64,000 nucleotides of DNA from a virus, in IMG/VR virus record IMGVR_UViG_3300030108_004965, positions 96,001 to 160,000 of that record; one strand, given 5' to 3'. The stretch's first letter is position 1; the number at the start of each line of letters is the position of its first letter. Under the pieces are notes generated by a model. The model made no database searches. It was given only the letters and a program-made list of their open reading frames with translations, and had not been told where the DNA came from. This document shows, piece by piece, positions 44,050 to 54,372 of this stretch. A program made the position numbers and the translations under genes.

Positions 44050-47000
44050 TATTCATCCTCACTGTTCGGTTTATTTAACTCGTATGGCGTATGGGTGGAC
44101 TCAGATTTTTGAAGCAAGTCAAATAATTCCGTTGTATCCATATATGTTTGTCGTGTGTCCTTTCCTTTGGTTTGGAGTGTAACTTCGTACTTTGGTGTTC
44201 CCTTGGAATTTGCTTTCTCGCTACCCCAATCTCCAACATTTTCATAAGTAAGAATATTCTCATCGATAACATTTCCATCAACTACCAACCCTTCATCAGT
44301 CACTTCAACAGAGACTTCTAATAGATTCTTTTGATTTTCTAGATATTCTCTTGCATCTTGCCATAATTTTGCATTTTCAGAAGAATAAACGACATTTCCA
44401 CCTTCTACATAGGTCTCAGACCTAGTCTCGGCCTCTGATCGTGCCGCTTCTTGTTCTCGCGCTTCTTGTTCTTCTTCTTCAGTTAGATCTAATTCATCTA
44501 TCTCTGGGATATCTTCTACTGGAGCATCCTTCAGGCTGAGATTATCAACCGGATCTCCATCCGTTAACGTTGTGTCAATACGAGTTTCGCCTACGTCACT
44601 GATGCTGAACCCAGAAGAGTCACCCGACTCTAGTCTAGCTAGGTCGGCTTGCATTTCAATAACAGCGTTAGTGCAGAAACCGGCATCTTTATTGTCAGCA
44701 TGTGATGCCAGCGGATCAAGTTTATCTGGATCGAACCTACTTAGTCCGTCATCAGCTTGACCATTGCTATCCGGGGATCCCCTGCCGTCTCCGGAGTAAT
44801 ACCATTGAGCCCTAATTGTTGTTGAAAATTTCCCCGGAGTTATAGAACTATTTACACCAACAATAGTATGATATCCGCCAAATCCAAGTTTATTAGCAAT
44901 ACTATTGGCTTTATTTGGAGCACCCATAACAGTACCTCCAATACCGTATGGATTGATGTATAGTTCCATACCCGGATAGAAAATAGTATTACCAAACATT
45001 TCCACGTTTGCAATGTAAACATTAGATAACTGCAATAGTCCGTCAATGCCGTTCTGAAACATTCTGGCTTCTCTCACATATTCGATGTCTGTTTTCTCAA
45101 ATGAAATAGATTTAACTATACCTCTATTTGAGCCGACGTGAACATGGAATCTTCCATCGTCTATGTCGTCTGCGTAGTTTCCGGTACCAGTAAATGATAG
45201 GTTACTACCTACAACATTCAAAAACATGTAGTTATAAAAATTATCAATCTTAGAGACACCAGAAGCATCACCTTTGAGAGGTAAAATCTCATCTTTTTTG
45301 TTGCCCCCATCAACAAAAACAAAAAGATTTACTTTGTCATCTTTTTTATCATAACCCACCGTATTCAACAATGGGTTTTCTCCGGATTTTGAATATGCAG
45401 TGATCTGGCCTGTGTGAAATCTCAAATTTTTTATTAAAGAAATGTTACTACAACTTTCTAGTAAAGATTTTTGTATTAAATTGTTAGAAAGGTTTCTTAT
45501 GAAATTCAAAATAGGAAAAGTTTTCCTAGTCGATCCTTTCGTAAGAACATTATCAGTAAACCATGTCGTAAAATAATCTAAAGAAATAGGTAATTCTGCC
45601 ACATTTATCCCATGAACTTTTCTACCAAAAGCATCTAAATCAAAACTACCTAAGATAATAGACATATTTTGTGCACCGGCTGTTGGAGTGGTGCCGTTAG
45701 TTCTCGTAAACATGGTGTCCATGATTGTGTATAGTAAATCACCAAAATAAAAAAATTGTATAACGCAATCCTCAGCATCTGTGTGGTCAATTTCTTCACT
45801 ATCAGAAATCCCAACTGAGGAGTAAAAATCTATAATTTCTGTTGTATCTTCGTCACAAGTTTCTATAGTGGTAGTCCTAGTCAGTCTACATTTTTTAAAA
45901 AACCCATTCTTCCGGAAGTGCTTGGCATCTTGTTCATTGACTTTTATGTTATATAATTTTTTTCTTCGTATTATCCTTCGAATAATAGATTGAAGAGACT
46001 TTTTTCTTAAAATCTGTTCTTCCGCATCCATCAGTGCCTTAAATTCTTGTATTCTGCCTACGCTACATCTGCCGCTGTCAATAAGATCTTGTAAGTTTTT
46101 TGTGTTTTGTCTTTTTTTTCTTAGTAACTGCGGGGTCAATAAAGCATCAAACCTAGGAGACTTTAAAGCACTCTCAATGTAGGCTCTGTATGAAATTTTT
46201 ATTTCTACACTACCGTCTACATTTACAGTTATGTCATGATCAACCATGTTAAGATAAAATGACTTGTTTGTATTTTGTATAGCAATTATTAAATTTTCTA
46301 TCTCTTTTTCTCCGAAATTACTACCAGCCATTTCATACAAATTATCAGGAACATGATAGCCCACTTCGGCCCTAATTCTATAGAAAGAAGGGTCATACTG
46401 GCTCGGGAGGATAACCGGTATATTTGGTCTCTTACCAGCAACCGGTTGAATTATCAAATCAACAAACCTATAGGTGTTACCATCACTTGATATTCTTTCT
46501 TTCACAAAATCTGAGAACGACTGGAAAAACAAAGTTAGGTCTGCTGTTATGTCATTTCTTGATTCCGCCGGGTTTGTTCCGTTGAAATTAAAAGAAAAAC
46601 TTTTCATTCCAACCCCATCACCTTTATCAAAGTTGCTTAGTAAAAAACTTTTTGGACTATCGAATTCTGAATGTGTGTAATTTTTTACCCTATCAATGTC
46701 TGTGCTCTGAGGAAAAATAAATTCTGTCTCTGACAGTTTGAGATTTTGTTCTTCAATTTTATAAAACTTTACTTTTGGAGTGAGATAACTCATTATTGAT
46801 GGAGGTATCTGAAAAAACATAGCACTGTGTTTAGACGAAACCAAACCGTTCAAAATCTTTGATTGATCTTTTGCGCTTTTTGCCATAAAAAAGCGTCCAT
46901 TAAAAGGTGGTCTTTTCGTTTTTTTAACTTCATTTTCCAATCTAAATTGAAATTCTCCCTTTAATCTTTCGATATTTCTCATTAAAGCACACTGCTTGAA

Positions 47001-48671
47001 AAACCTCTGTCTTTCATCGATTCCTTGCCCAAGTTCTTTTTCAGAGAGTTCTCCTTCTATTTGTGGATCTTTATTGTTTTTCAATGCGTCGTTTGCTGCT
47101 TTCTCTATTTCATCTTCTGAAGGTGCCTTTTCTCCATCTTTATCTGGACAGCTAGGATCGTCGCGCCGGAGTGTCATCGATTTCCAAAGCGCAACCCTGA
47201 AGGCATTTTCTAAGTTTTGCAGAATAATTGGGTACATCTCAATTGCTGCATCCTCTACTATATTATAAAATTCATCCAGTAAAGTCTCTGTTTTAACTTC
47301 CTTATCAAATGTTTTAACTGACTGGACCAGAAATTTACTATAAAAAATACAAACAATCGTTGCTAAAGAATTAGGTTGTTCTAACGCTTGTAGTTTTGGA
47401 GCCAGCACCTCTTTTATACCAGTATCTTTAAAAAGCTCAGAAAACAAGCCCTCGAAATTTTCCCTTTCAATGTTTATAATGTAAGCATTTGTATTATTGA
47501 GACTATTATTCTCAGTCATTTTCAGAGAAGCAACTGAGCCTAAATCTTGAAAAAAATTTCTTACTTGATCTTCTCCATCTCTTTGCGGTAATCTCATCTT
47601 AGGTATAACTAAAGATCTGCCTCTGCTTGACATTGCACCATCATTATAATTGCGTACGCAATAAGGAAATCCTTGATTTTTGTTATAATTGACGAGTGTC
47701 GAATGGGCATTTTTCAAACTTTTAACTGATTCTGAATTGCCAATATTGTGAATCCCTGCGTTAGCGGCCGTTTTGGCAAATTCACGATTTCCAACTTTAT
47801 CTTCGTCGTCGCCTGATGATCCCCTAAATGGCTCGGGTACCCACAGGTTTTCAACATTTTGGTGCGTTACATCGTCTGCAAATTTTTTCAATGTAGCAGT
47901 GATTTCTGCATCGAATTTCTTTATATCTAGTGCCAATGCTCGCAGTGCAGACCATAATGCAAACTCTCCAAGAACTTTATTAAGGATCTCATCATTTGCT
48001 TTTACTAGTAATTTTTGAAAAAGACTGTTGCTGATTACTTCGGGAAATTTTTCTATAACCTTCCATTCTTGATCTGTTATTTGCTTGAGATCATCAGCAG
48101 AATCTGACTCAGGGTCCTTAACGATTGCTTTTGCTAATTTGTATCTAATTTGAAAAGCCATACGATACAGAAAAGCCTCCTGTAGGGTGTACTCCTCTAC
48201 AGCAGTCCCTCCAATTTGCTTTAGCTTTATCCAAAAGTCAAACAAGTTATTTTCCAGTTCCGCAGCCCTCAAATAAACTTCAATTGCTTCATCGTTTAAA
48301 AGATCAATAGGGTCTTGGCTCGCGATTTCTTCTGGAGTATTATCAATTGATAAATTTTCTTGTGCTTGTCGATCAAACAAAACGTTGTTACGTACAATTG
48401 CTCCTATGAGGTTTTGGAACACCCTATCGTCGGCCTGACCCGGTGTGGTAACTTCTGTTCCTTGAACGGCGGTAAAATAATTTGTTACATATGGGCTGTA
48501 TTCTCCATCATCTTCGTTTCTGAAATATTCCCAAAATTCTTCTTTGGATAAATCCACAACTTGATCTCGTCTTAGTCTGGTCCAATAAGAGCCAGACCTT
48601 TGTCTTGGATCGTGTATTAAAAATCCCTCCCCAATAACGAATGTTCGTTTGATTTGACCCCAGATAGACAT
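44049..48671 (-). CDS. Large baseplate hub-like tail protein, 1540 aa
   Basis: C-terminal GIVKSISF...MFGNTIFYPGMELYI...GYHTIVGV...FST.I resembles hub/GpD-type proteins; gene position. Confidence 0.6.
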   Translation of the reverse strand: MSIWGQIKRTFVIGEGFLIHDPRQRSGSYWTRLRRDQVVDLSKEEFWEYFRNEDDGEYSPYVTNYFTAVQGTEVTTPGQADDRVFQNLIGAIVRNNVLFDRQAQENLSIDNTPEEIASQDPIDLLNDEAIEVYLRAAELENNLFDFWIKLKQIGGTAVEEYTLQEAFLYRMAFQIRYKLAKAIVKDPESDSADDLKQITDQEWKVIEKFPEVISNSLFQKLLVKANDEILNKVLGEFALWSALRALALDIKKFDAEITATLKKFADDVTHQNVENLWVPEPFRGSSGDDEDKVGNREFAKTAANAGIHNIGNSESVKSLKNAHSTLVNYNKNQGFPYCVRNYNDGAMSSRGRSLVIPKMRLPQRDGEDQVRNFFQDLGSVASLKMTENNSLNNTNAYIINIERENFEGLFSELFKDTGIKEVLAPKLQALEQPNSLATIVCIFYSKFLVQSVKTFDKEVKTETLLDEFYNIVEDAAIEMYPIILQNLENAFRVALWKSMTLRRDDPSCPDKDGEKAPSEDEIEKAANDALKNNKDPQIEGELSEKELGQGIDERQRFFKQCALMRNIERLKGEFQFRLENEVKKTKRPPFNGRFFMAKSAKDQSKILNGLVSSKHSAMFFQIPPSIMSYLTPKVKFYKIEEQNLKLSETEFIFPQSTDIDRVKNYTHSEFDSPKSFLLSNFDKGDGVGMKSFSFNFNGTNPAESRNDITADLTLFFQSFSDFVKERISSDGNTYRFVDLIIQPVAGKRPNIPVILPSQYDPSFYRIRAEVGYHVPDNLYEMAGSNFGEKEIENLIIAIQNTNKSFYLNMVDHDITVNVDGSVEIKISYRAYIESALKSPRFDALLTPQLLRKKRQNTKNLQDLIDSGRCSVGRIQEFKALMDAEEQILRKKSLQSIIRRIIRRKKLYNIKVNEQDAKHFRKNGFFKKCRLTRTTTIETCDEDTTEIIDFYSSVGISDSEEIDHTDAEDCVIQFFYFGDLLYTIMDTMFTRTNGTTPTAGAQNMSIILGSFDLDAFGRKVHGINVAELPISLDYFTTWFTDNVLTKGSTRKTFPILNFIRNLSNNLIQKSLLESCSNISLIKNLRFHTGQITAYSKSGENPLLNTVGYDKKDDKVNLFVFVDGGNKKDEILPLKGDASGVSKIDNFYNYMFLNVVGSNLSFTGTGNYADDIDDGRFHVHVGSNRGIVKSISFEKTDIEYVREARMFQNGIDGLLQLSNVYIANVEMFGNTIFYPGMELYINPYGIGGTVMGAPNKANSIANKLGFGGYHTIVGVNSSITPGKFSTTIRAQWYYSGDGRGSPDSNGQADDGLSRFDPDKLDPLASHADNKDAGFCTNAVIEMQADLARLESGDSSGFSISDVGETRIDTTLTDGDPVDNLSLKDAPVEDIPEIDELDLTEEEEQEAREQEAARSEAETRSETYVEGGNVVYSSENAKLWQDAREYLENQKNLLEVSVEVTDEGLVVDGNVIDENILTYENVGDWGSEKANSKGTPKYEVTLQTKGKDTRQTYMDTTELFDLLQKSESTHTPYELNKPNSEDE

Positions 48672-49003
48672 TAAAGCAGCGCCCCCAGAACTACATCTAG
48701 GTTGATTGGGATTTTTATTACATCCCCCGGAGTCAAGTGAGACTCAGTAGGTTTTCTATTAAATTGGGCAACGACCCACCATAATCGTGGATTGCCAAAA
48801 TGTTTCGACGCTATTCTCCAAAATCTATCTCCTTGTTTCCAAGTATAGTCAACTGTTTGTATTCTTAGCAATTCTTCTTCATCTGGGAACTTCAATACAG
48901 GAGTTGTATATTGGATGATTTTCTTTACTCCACGATCATCTAGTAAATTTTTATACATTTCTTCGTCATTAAATGCTTTTTTTCTATCATTAAATCTAGA
49001 CAT
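48671..49003 (-). CDS. LysM-domain baseplate protein
   Basis: YTWKQGDRFWRIASKHFGNPRLWWVVAQFN...PGDVIKIP. Confidence 0.85.
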   Translation of the reverse strand: MSRFNDRKKAFNDEEMYKNLLDDRGVKKIIQYTTPVLKFPDEEELLRIQTVDYTWKQGDRFWRIASKHFGNPRLWWVVAQFNRKPTESHLTPGDVIKIPINLDVVLGALL

Positions 49004-49006
49004 TTT

Positions 49007-49669
49007 TTATCCTCCGAATGGGAATTTTTTTATTTTGTCAAAGCCGCCAACAGAGCCACTAGTCCATCCTAAATCATGCTCATGAACAACTGTAAAATCA
49101 ACATTAAGGACTATTACTTTTGGAAATAATTTATTTCCTATTTCAAATGTTCCCATGTCAATCGTAGGGGTCCAATTGAGACTGCCAACCCAACCTAAAA
49201 GACCATCCTGTGTTCCAGAAGCGTCGTTTATAAGATTAGCGTATTTTAGTCTAATTAACGGTGGCTTTGATAAGGTTAGGGCATTTGATGTGTAAAGAAT
49301 TTGGTCGCTTGTTTTTTTGTCTTTTGTGTCTATTGTTTCATCTGGTAATTTTGACGAGTAAAATGGGTATAAAAGTTGCGCTAGTGATGATGCTCTTTGT
49401 AAATTTGTTCTTGCCTCGAGTGCATTTGATGATGGTATGGTCCAAGACAGGCTGATCGTTCTTTGTGTGCCTTGAAATGTTCCAATAGGATCATTGCGAC
49501 CATAAACATTTTCTGTATTCCAAGTCGATGTGAAATTTTGACTAAATGACTCGATGAAAGCAAGGAACTCTATGCTTTTCCCAATATGCACACCTGTAAA
49601 CCTAAGAACGTGCGCCTCCCCAGCGGCTGTTTTTGCTGTATTGGCTGTAAAACTAGTTGGAAATGACAT
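49007..49669 (-). CDS. Tail tube initiator / baseplate protein
   Basis: SFSQNFTSTW..ENVYGRNDPI..FQGTQRTISLSW...PPLIRL. Confidence 0.7.
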   Translation of the reverse strand: MSFPTSFTANTAKTAAGEAHVLRFTGVHIGKSIEFLAFIESFSQNFTSTWNTENVYGRNDPIGTFQGTQRTISLSWTIPSSNALEARTNLQRASSLAQLLYPFYSSKLPDETIDTKDKKTSDQILYTSNALTLSKPPLIRLKYANLINDASGTQDGLLGWVGSLNWTPTIDMGTFEIGNKLFPKVIVLNVDFTVVHEHDLGWTSGSVGGFDKIKKFPFGG

Positions 49670-49682
49670 TTATTTATCCTCT

Positions 49683-51806
49683 TTATCCGTTGGCAACTTT
49701 TGCTATGTGAGCGTTAAATTTAGTTCCATCATTTAGCACCAACTGTAGATTGTCCGGAAACAAACCTTCTAAGTTGTTTGTAATGTTTATTTTTTGTGCT
49801 GTAACAAAAGCATTCTGCATTGCAGATTTCGCTTTACCTGCGGAGATTAATGCTAAGTTTGCTAAATCAGCAGACACCGCAGGGGTAACTTGTGATTTAT
49901 ATTTGATTATGCCTTCGGCCTCTTTTTCTGCCTGAGAAGGCTCAGGTCCTGCTTCAAAAAGACTTCCAATACCACTAAACGCTTTATAAGCTAAATATAG
50001 TCCGCCTAAAATTAAAGCTAACTTGGCTAAAGGCACAGCGGCAGCAACAGCAGCGGCTCCCATCCCTGTTAAGCCCCCGATCATTCCTACACCACCAGCG
50101 ACCCCAGCCCCACCAACAACACCCATGATAGTTGTAATAGCGCTTATAACAGGAATAAGTAATTTTGCTACAACCACTAGTCCTGCTATTTTTGCAATTA
50201 TTTCAACAAATCTTCTTTTCTGTTCTGGAGAAAATTGCTTGAGAAAATCCAATGCAGCACTGGCCATATCGTGCAGCATTTCTAGCACTGGTTGAAATTC
50301 TACGATAAATTCTGCTGCAATTGCTTTCAACTTGTTTGTTATGGTCTGGGTGCCTCTGAGTGCTTCTGTTAATTTTTCTTGGGCGGCGGCATTCTCATCC
50401 ATTTCGGCTTGAGCCTCCTGATATTGCCCAAGGCTCATCCCAAAGATTCTTTGTGCCTCGTTTAAATCATCAATACCGGCAGCAGCGGCAATCGCTTTTT
50501 GTTGGAAACGGTCCATGTCCTTAAATGCAACACCTTGTGCCTGAACAGATGAGATAAGCGTCTCTATACGCTCGTCCTCAGTCATCATAAGCATTTGAGT
50601 AGTAGACAGTTGAGTCCCCAAGAGTGCATTTAGTTTACCAACTGTTTCGGCTGAACTTTGGAAGGTATCAAATTTACCAGCGATAGATAATAGTTTTGAA
50701 GTTTCCACCCCAGCAGTCTTTGCGGCACCTGCCAAGTTCTTAAATACAGTAACTGCTCTTGGTCCATACACCGCAAGAGTCCCCATTGATTGAGTAAAAT
50801 CTTTTGTTATTTTCTCCGAACTTATTCCCAATTCTGTACCCAGCATTGCCAACTGATTTGTGGTTTTCAAACTTTCCTCAGCAGTCAACCCAAGGTTCAA
50901 GTTCATGAATTGGAAAATCTCTGCAGCGCTTTGGGCTGATACTCCAATTTTTTCTAGTTCTGCTGTGTTCGCGATCATTTTCTTTTGCATATCGCTCGAG
51001 ACATTTACAAAGTTTGTCGTAGCCCCAAACAAAGTTTGTGCTGCTTTTCCAGCATCTTCCATAGAAACGCCAAAACCAAGCGCTTCTTGACCAGCATCTT
51101 GAATTTGATCTGCAAATGCTCTTCCTGCTCCAGTAGCAGATGCAAAAGCAGCCTGTGCTTTATCGGCTTCCAGTGCTGTCTTGATTGTTCCTTCGGCAAT
51201 CTTGGCGATTACGCTAAGCATTAAATTCAATACACTAAATGATTGGCGGAAGTTTTCAACAAATGCTAATTTGGCTGCATCACCGCCTGATTTTAATTCT
51301 TCGTTGACTTTTATCAAAGTGCCTATGAAAGAATTTCCTAAAGTATTACTTATGCCCAAAGCACCAGTCAAATCATTCAATAATTTTTTTTGATTTTTTC
51401 CGTATTTTTTTTGTCCTTCGCTGATTTGGTAATCAGTCTGTAACTGTTTGAGTTTTTCCTCTCCAATACTTTTAGTAATGACATCTATATCTGAAAGAGA
51501 ACTTGCCTCACCTTGTAGTAGAAGATCTATTTCTTTTAGTAATTCCGTTCTTCTTTTTTCCTGATCTTCTATGCCTGAGAGAGCATCAGAGTTTTCAAGG
51601 GCCTGCAGCATTTCTATTTTTGCAAGATCAAGATTGGCTTCTCTTTGTTCTTTGACATCACCTAGAATCTTAGAATATTCACGAATTGCTCTCAACTGTT
51701 CTTCGGTATCATCTTTTCGTTCTTTTGATAACTCCGCGAGTCTCTCTCTTAACTTTACTTCTTTTTCTAGCTCTTCGTTGGTCTTTTCTTTACCTTCATC
51801 AGACAT
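49683..51806 (-). CDS. Tape measure protein
   Basis: Ala/Gly-rich helical 707 aa with a hydrophobic segment, downstream of the tail chaperones. Confidence 0.8.
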   Translation of the reverse strand: MSDEGKEKTNEELEKEVKLRERLAELSKERKDDTEEQLRAIREYSKILGDVKEQREANLDLAKIEMLQALENSDALSGIEDQEKRRTELLKEIDLLLQGEASSLSDIDVITKSIGEEKLKQLQTDYQISEGQKKYGKNQKKLLNDLTGALGISNTLGNSFIGTLIKVNEELKSGGDAAKLAFVENFRQSFSVLNLMLSVIAKIAEGTIKTALEADKAQAAFASATGAGRAFADQIQDAGQEALGFGVSMEDAGKAAQTLFGATTNFVNVSSDMQKKMIANTAELEKIGVSAQSAAEIFQFMNLNLGLTAEESLKTTNQLAMLGTELGISSEKITKDFTQSMGTLAVYGPRAVTVFKNLAGAAKTAGVETSKLLSIAGKFDTFQSSAETVGKLNALLGTQLSTTQMLMMTEDERIETLISSVQAQGVAFKDMDRFQQKAIAAAAGIDDLNEAQRIFGMSLGQYQEAQAEMDENAAAQEKLTEALRGTQTITNKLKAIAAEFIVEFQPVLEMLHDMASAALDFLKQFSPEQKRRFVEIIAKIAGLVVVAKLLIPVISAITTIMGVVGGAGVAGGVGMIGGLTGMGAAAVAAAVPLAKLALILGGLYLAYKAFSGIGSLFEAGPEPSQAEKEAEGIIKYKSQVTPAVSADLANLALISAGKAKSAMQNAFVTAQKINITNNLEGLFPDNLQLVLNDGTKFNAHIAKVANG

Positions 51807-51810
51807 CTAA

Positions 51811-52176
51811 TTAATCCTTAAATGGCCATGGAAGACCTGTTTGTTTAACAAAGGCAGAGGAGGCCGTATTGGCCCTTTCCTTGGCTTCTTTTGTCTTGGG
51901 GCTATCTTTACCCTCATCGACATAAGAACGTAAGTATTCGGCCTCAGACTTAAGCGCATTTGCATAAGACTTTACATCCTCAAATTCTCCTTTGATTGAG
52001 AACTTAATTTCCTGTCCGTTCTCTTCATTCAAGTTTGCAACAACATTTGCATCTTTGCCGTAAATGTATTTTAAGAGTTTTTTGTTCCAAAAACCCCACA
52101 TCTTTAGCCAAGATTCATTGAGCACTTTACTTGTCAAGTCTATGGTAATCATTACAGGAATCCTCGTCTTTTCCAT
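51811..52176 (-). CDS. Hypothetical protein
   Basis: 121-aa ORF in the tail cluster. Confidence 0.7.
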   Translation of the reverse strand: MEKTRIPVMITIDLTSKVLNESWLKMWGFWNKKLLKYIYGKDANVVANLNEENGQEIKFSIKGEFEDVKSYANALKSEAEYLRSYVDEGKDSPKTKEAKERANTASSAFVKQTGLPWPFKD

Positions 52177-52214
52177 AAATAGTTGTGAAACAGAAATGAC
52201 AATGAGAACACGAA

Positions 52215-52401
52215 TTACCTTCTTGCTTTTTTCATTTCCTTTGCTTCATCTTCATATTGTTTTTGAAGCCTTTCAACGAACCAGTTCCTCAAACCTATAG
52301 GTAAATTATATGCTTCTATGAAACTCCAACCACCAAAATGTTTTAAAAGAAAGAATTGCTCATATACGGCTTCCATGTATTTAGAAGTCAGGCCAAAAAA
52401 A
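52215..52401 (-). CDS. gp51-like tail/baseplate assembly chaperone segment (possible frameshift extension; own ATG at 52376)
   Basis: YEQFFLLKHFGGWSFIEAYNLP...R.WF..L. Confidence 0.7.
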
Positions 52402-53211
52402 GTCAGTTCCAAAAGGAACGTCGACCTCCTGTTCTGCACTACAAGATTTGCAGGTTAATTTCGATCTTATTTCTATGTTAGGGGTTATGTTCCTTAACAA
52501 TAGTTTCAGGTGCCTAGAGTCCATGACAGGCATATTATCAACGTATTGGTTAATTATGTCTTGTTCTGTGTGGCCTTCGATAGAAAGTATCATTCTTTTG
52601 TACTGTTCTGTCATCAAATTATCTGAATCTTCTTCTGCTAGGAATTGTTTTGAAATGATTGTTTCATCTAAACCATTCATAAAACGAAATTCAACTTTGA
52701 ATTTAGAAAATGGCATTTCGGTAACAAGTCCACCATTCTCTGTTTGAATTAAGTTTAGTTCTTCTGGTATTTCTTGCCCTGTATAAGTTGGGCTCATAAG
52801 ATCAAACTGTACATAATTAGTGGCTTGACACTCTTTGCATTTAACGTGCCCATCATATAGGCTCCCAAAACCATTAGCCCTTAGAGAGATCAAAATAGCG
52901 TTTTTGTCTCCAACCAAAAGAGTTTGTGGATCAAATGATTTATCTATTATCACGTTTTCTAGTAAACGATCAATAGCGACTCCTTTCTTTAGCAGAGTCT
53001 GCGAAGTCAAAATGTCTTCATCTTTTGCTGTCATGTATCTTATCTCAATGGTGTCTTTTCCACTTAAAGGGTGCTCCTTAGGGTACCACTTTCCTTGAGA
53101 TGGAAGCTCAACAAATTCAGTCGGCGCGACAAAATTCAAAGGATTGAATTGCGTTGGGGCCTCTGTGTGTTCAGGCTTGTGACCGCCAAGCCTATCTTTA
53201 TTTCTACTCAA
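52381..53211 (-). CDS. gp26-like baseplate hub/tail assembly chaperone
   Basis: VELPSQGKWYP, MTAKDEDIL, GDK.AIL..LR..G.G, CKEC, CKSC. Confidence 0.8.
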   Translation of the reverse strand: MSRNKDRLGGHKPEHTEAPTQFNPLNFVAPTEFVELPSQGKWYPKEHPLSGKDTIEIRYMTAKDEDILTSQTLLKKGVAIDRLLENVIIDKSFDPQTLLVGDKNAILISLRANGFGSLYDGHVKCKECQATNYVQFDLMSPTYTGQEIPEELNLIQTENGGLVTEMPFSKFKVEFRFMNGLDETIISKQFLAEEDSDNLMTEQYKRMILSIEGHTEQDIINQYVDNMPVMDSRHLKLLLRNITPNIEIRSKLTCKSCSAEQEVDVPFGTDFFWPDF

Positions 53212-53220
53212 ATTTCACCT

Positions 53221-53775
53221 CTAATTATTATTTGCATCTGGATTGAATACGTCTGCGGCTTGACCGAAAAAGCCTGTTTCTTGTTTTTGGAACGTTGCAT
53301 AATCAAAACCGACAGTTATTTGGATTTCAACTAATTCATCATCTGAGTAACTCAGAGATCCAAAATTGACTGATTTGAAAAAAGCATTATTTAATGTCCA
53401 CGTTTCAATTGTTTCACCTTTCGCATTAAGTTGAAGAATCAAAATTTTATAAAAGGTTTTTCCGGGCTTTTCTATCTTTTTTATTGCATTTTTCGATCCC
53501 GGGACATTCCACCCCATTTTTGATAAATTGTCATACAAACCATTTGTCTTGCCTCCTGTATCAACAGCGGTTATGGTTATGTCATTCCAAGTAACAATAC
53601 CCGGATATTTTAGTTTTTGATTTCCGATTTGATACTCACCAACATTCATTTCATAAGTTGGCTTATCAATTGTTTTAGCGTGTATCCAAAATGATTTTTC
53701 AATACTGCCCGGAGTTTGAATTTGAAATCTAAACTTTCTCGTTGGCTCTAGTTTTGGTAAATTCCAAAAAGTCAT
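53221..53775 (-). CDS. Tail tube protein, gp19-like, copy 2
   Basis: EP.RKFRF, KP.Y, YPG..TW.DI, W.L.N.F.KSV.FG.L.Y. Confidence 0.85.
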   Translation of the reverse strand: MTFWNLPKLEPTRKFRFQIQTPGSIEKSFWIHAKTIDKPTYEMNVGEYQIGNQKLKYPGIVTWNDITITAVDTGGKTNGLYDNLSKMGWNVPGSKNAIKKIEKPGKTFYKILILQLNAKGETIETWTLNNAFFKSVNFGSLSYSDDELVEIQITVGFDYATFQKQETGFFGQAADVFNPDANNN

Positions 53776-53788
53776 CGGTCACCTGTTG

Positions 53789-54346
53789 TTAACTGGTAGT
53801 AGTAAATTGTTCACCGTCCTCAGTAGATGCCCCAGTGTTATCACACTCTGCCCAATCATAACGGAAAGTCAAATCAATAGTTCTAAGGTCGTCATTGTCG
53901 TAACTCAGATCAGAGAAAGAGACAGACTTGAGGAAGGAATTTTTCAAAGTCCAAACCTCAATAGCATCACCATTTGCATTCAAAATTGAAACAACAACGT
54001 TTTTAACCGCACTTGTGGAACTTGCTTTTGACATCGTTTCTTTTTGATTCACGCTAGTTTTTACATTATAGCCAGCACTTTCAATTAATTTGTTGGTTAA
54101 GGCAACTGCATTAGGAGAGACTGGGTCTATGAGGGTCATGTTTACATCTGCCCAAGTAAGTCTTCCCGGAAAATAATATTTATTATCCAAGTAATCGTGC
54201 ACCACTTCACTGATTTCATATGAGGGTGGCTTAAAGGTTTTAGCCCACCAAATGACAGAGTCTCCTTCAAGCCCTGTTATTTCAACTTGAAATCTATAAT
54301 TTCTTTTAGGCTCTACGCTTGTTTCGTTCCAAAATGCCATTACCAA
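53789..54346 (-). CDS. Tail tube protein, gp19-like, copy 1
   Basis: EPKRNYRF, FPGRLTW.DV, VWTLKNSF...F.DLSY..DD...IDLTFRYDWA. Confidence 0.9.
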   Translation of the reverse strand: MVMAFWNETSVEPKRNYRFQVEITGLEGDSVIWWAKTFKPPSYEISEVVHDYLDNKYYFPGRLTWADVNMTLIDPVSPNAVALTNKLIESAGYNVKTSVNQKETMSKASSTSAVKNVVVSILNANGDAIEVWTLKNSFLKSVSFSDLSYDNDDLRTIDLTFRYDWAECDNTGASTEDGEQFTTTS

Positions 54347-54372
54347 TGTTCTCCTATAAATTAATTAGTGGC

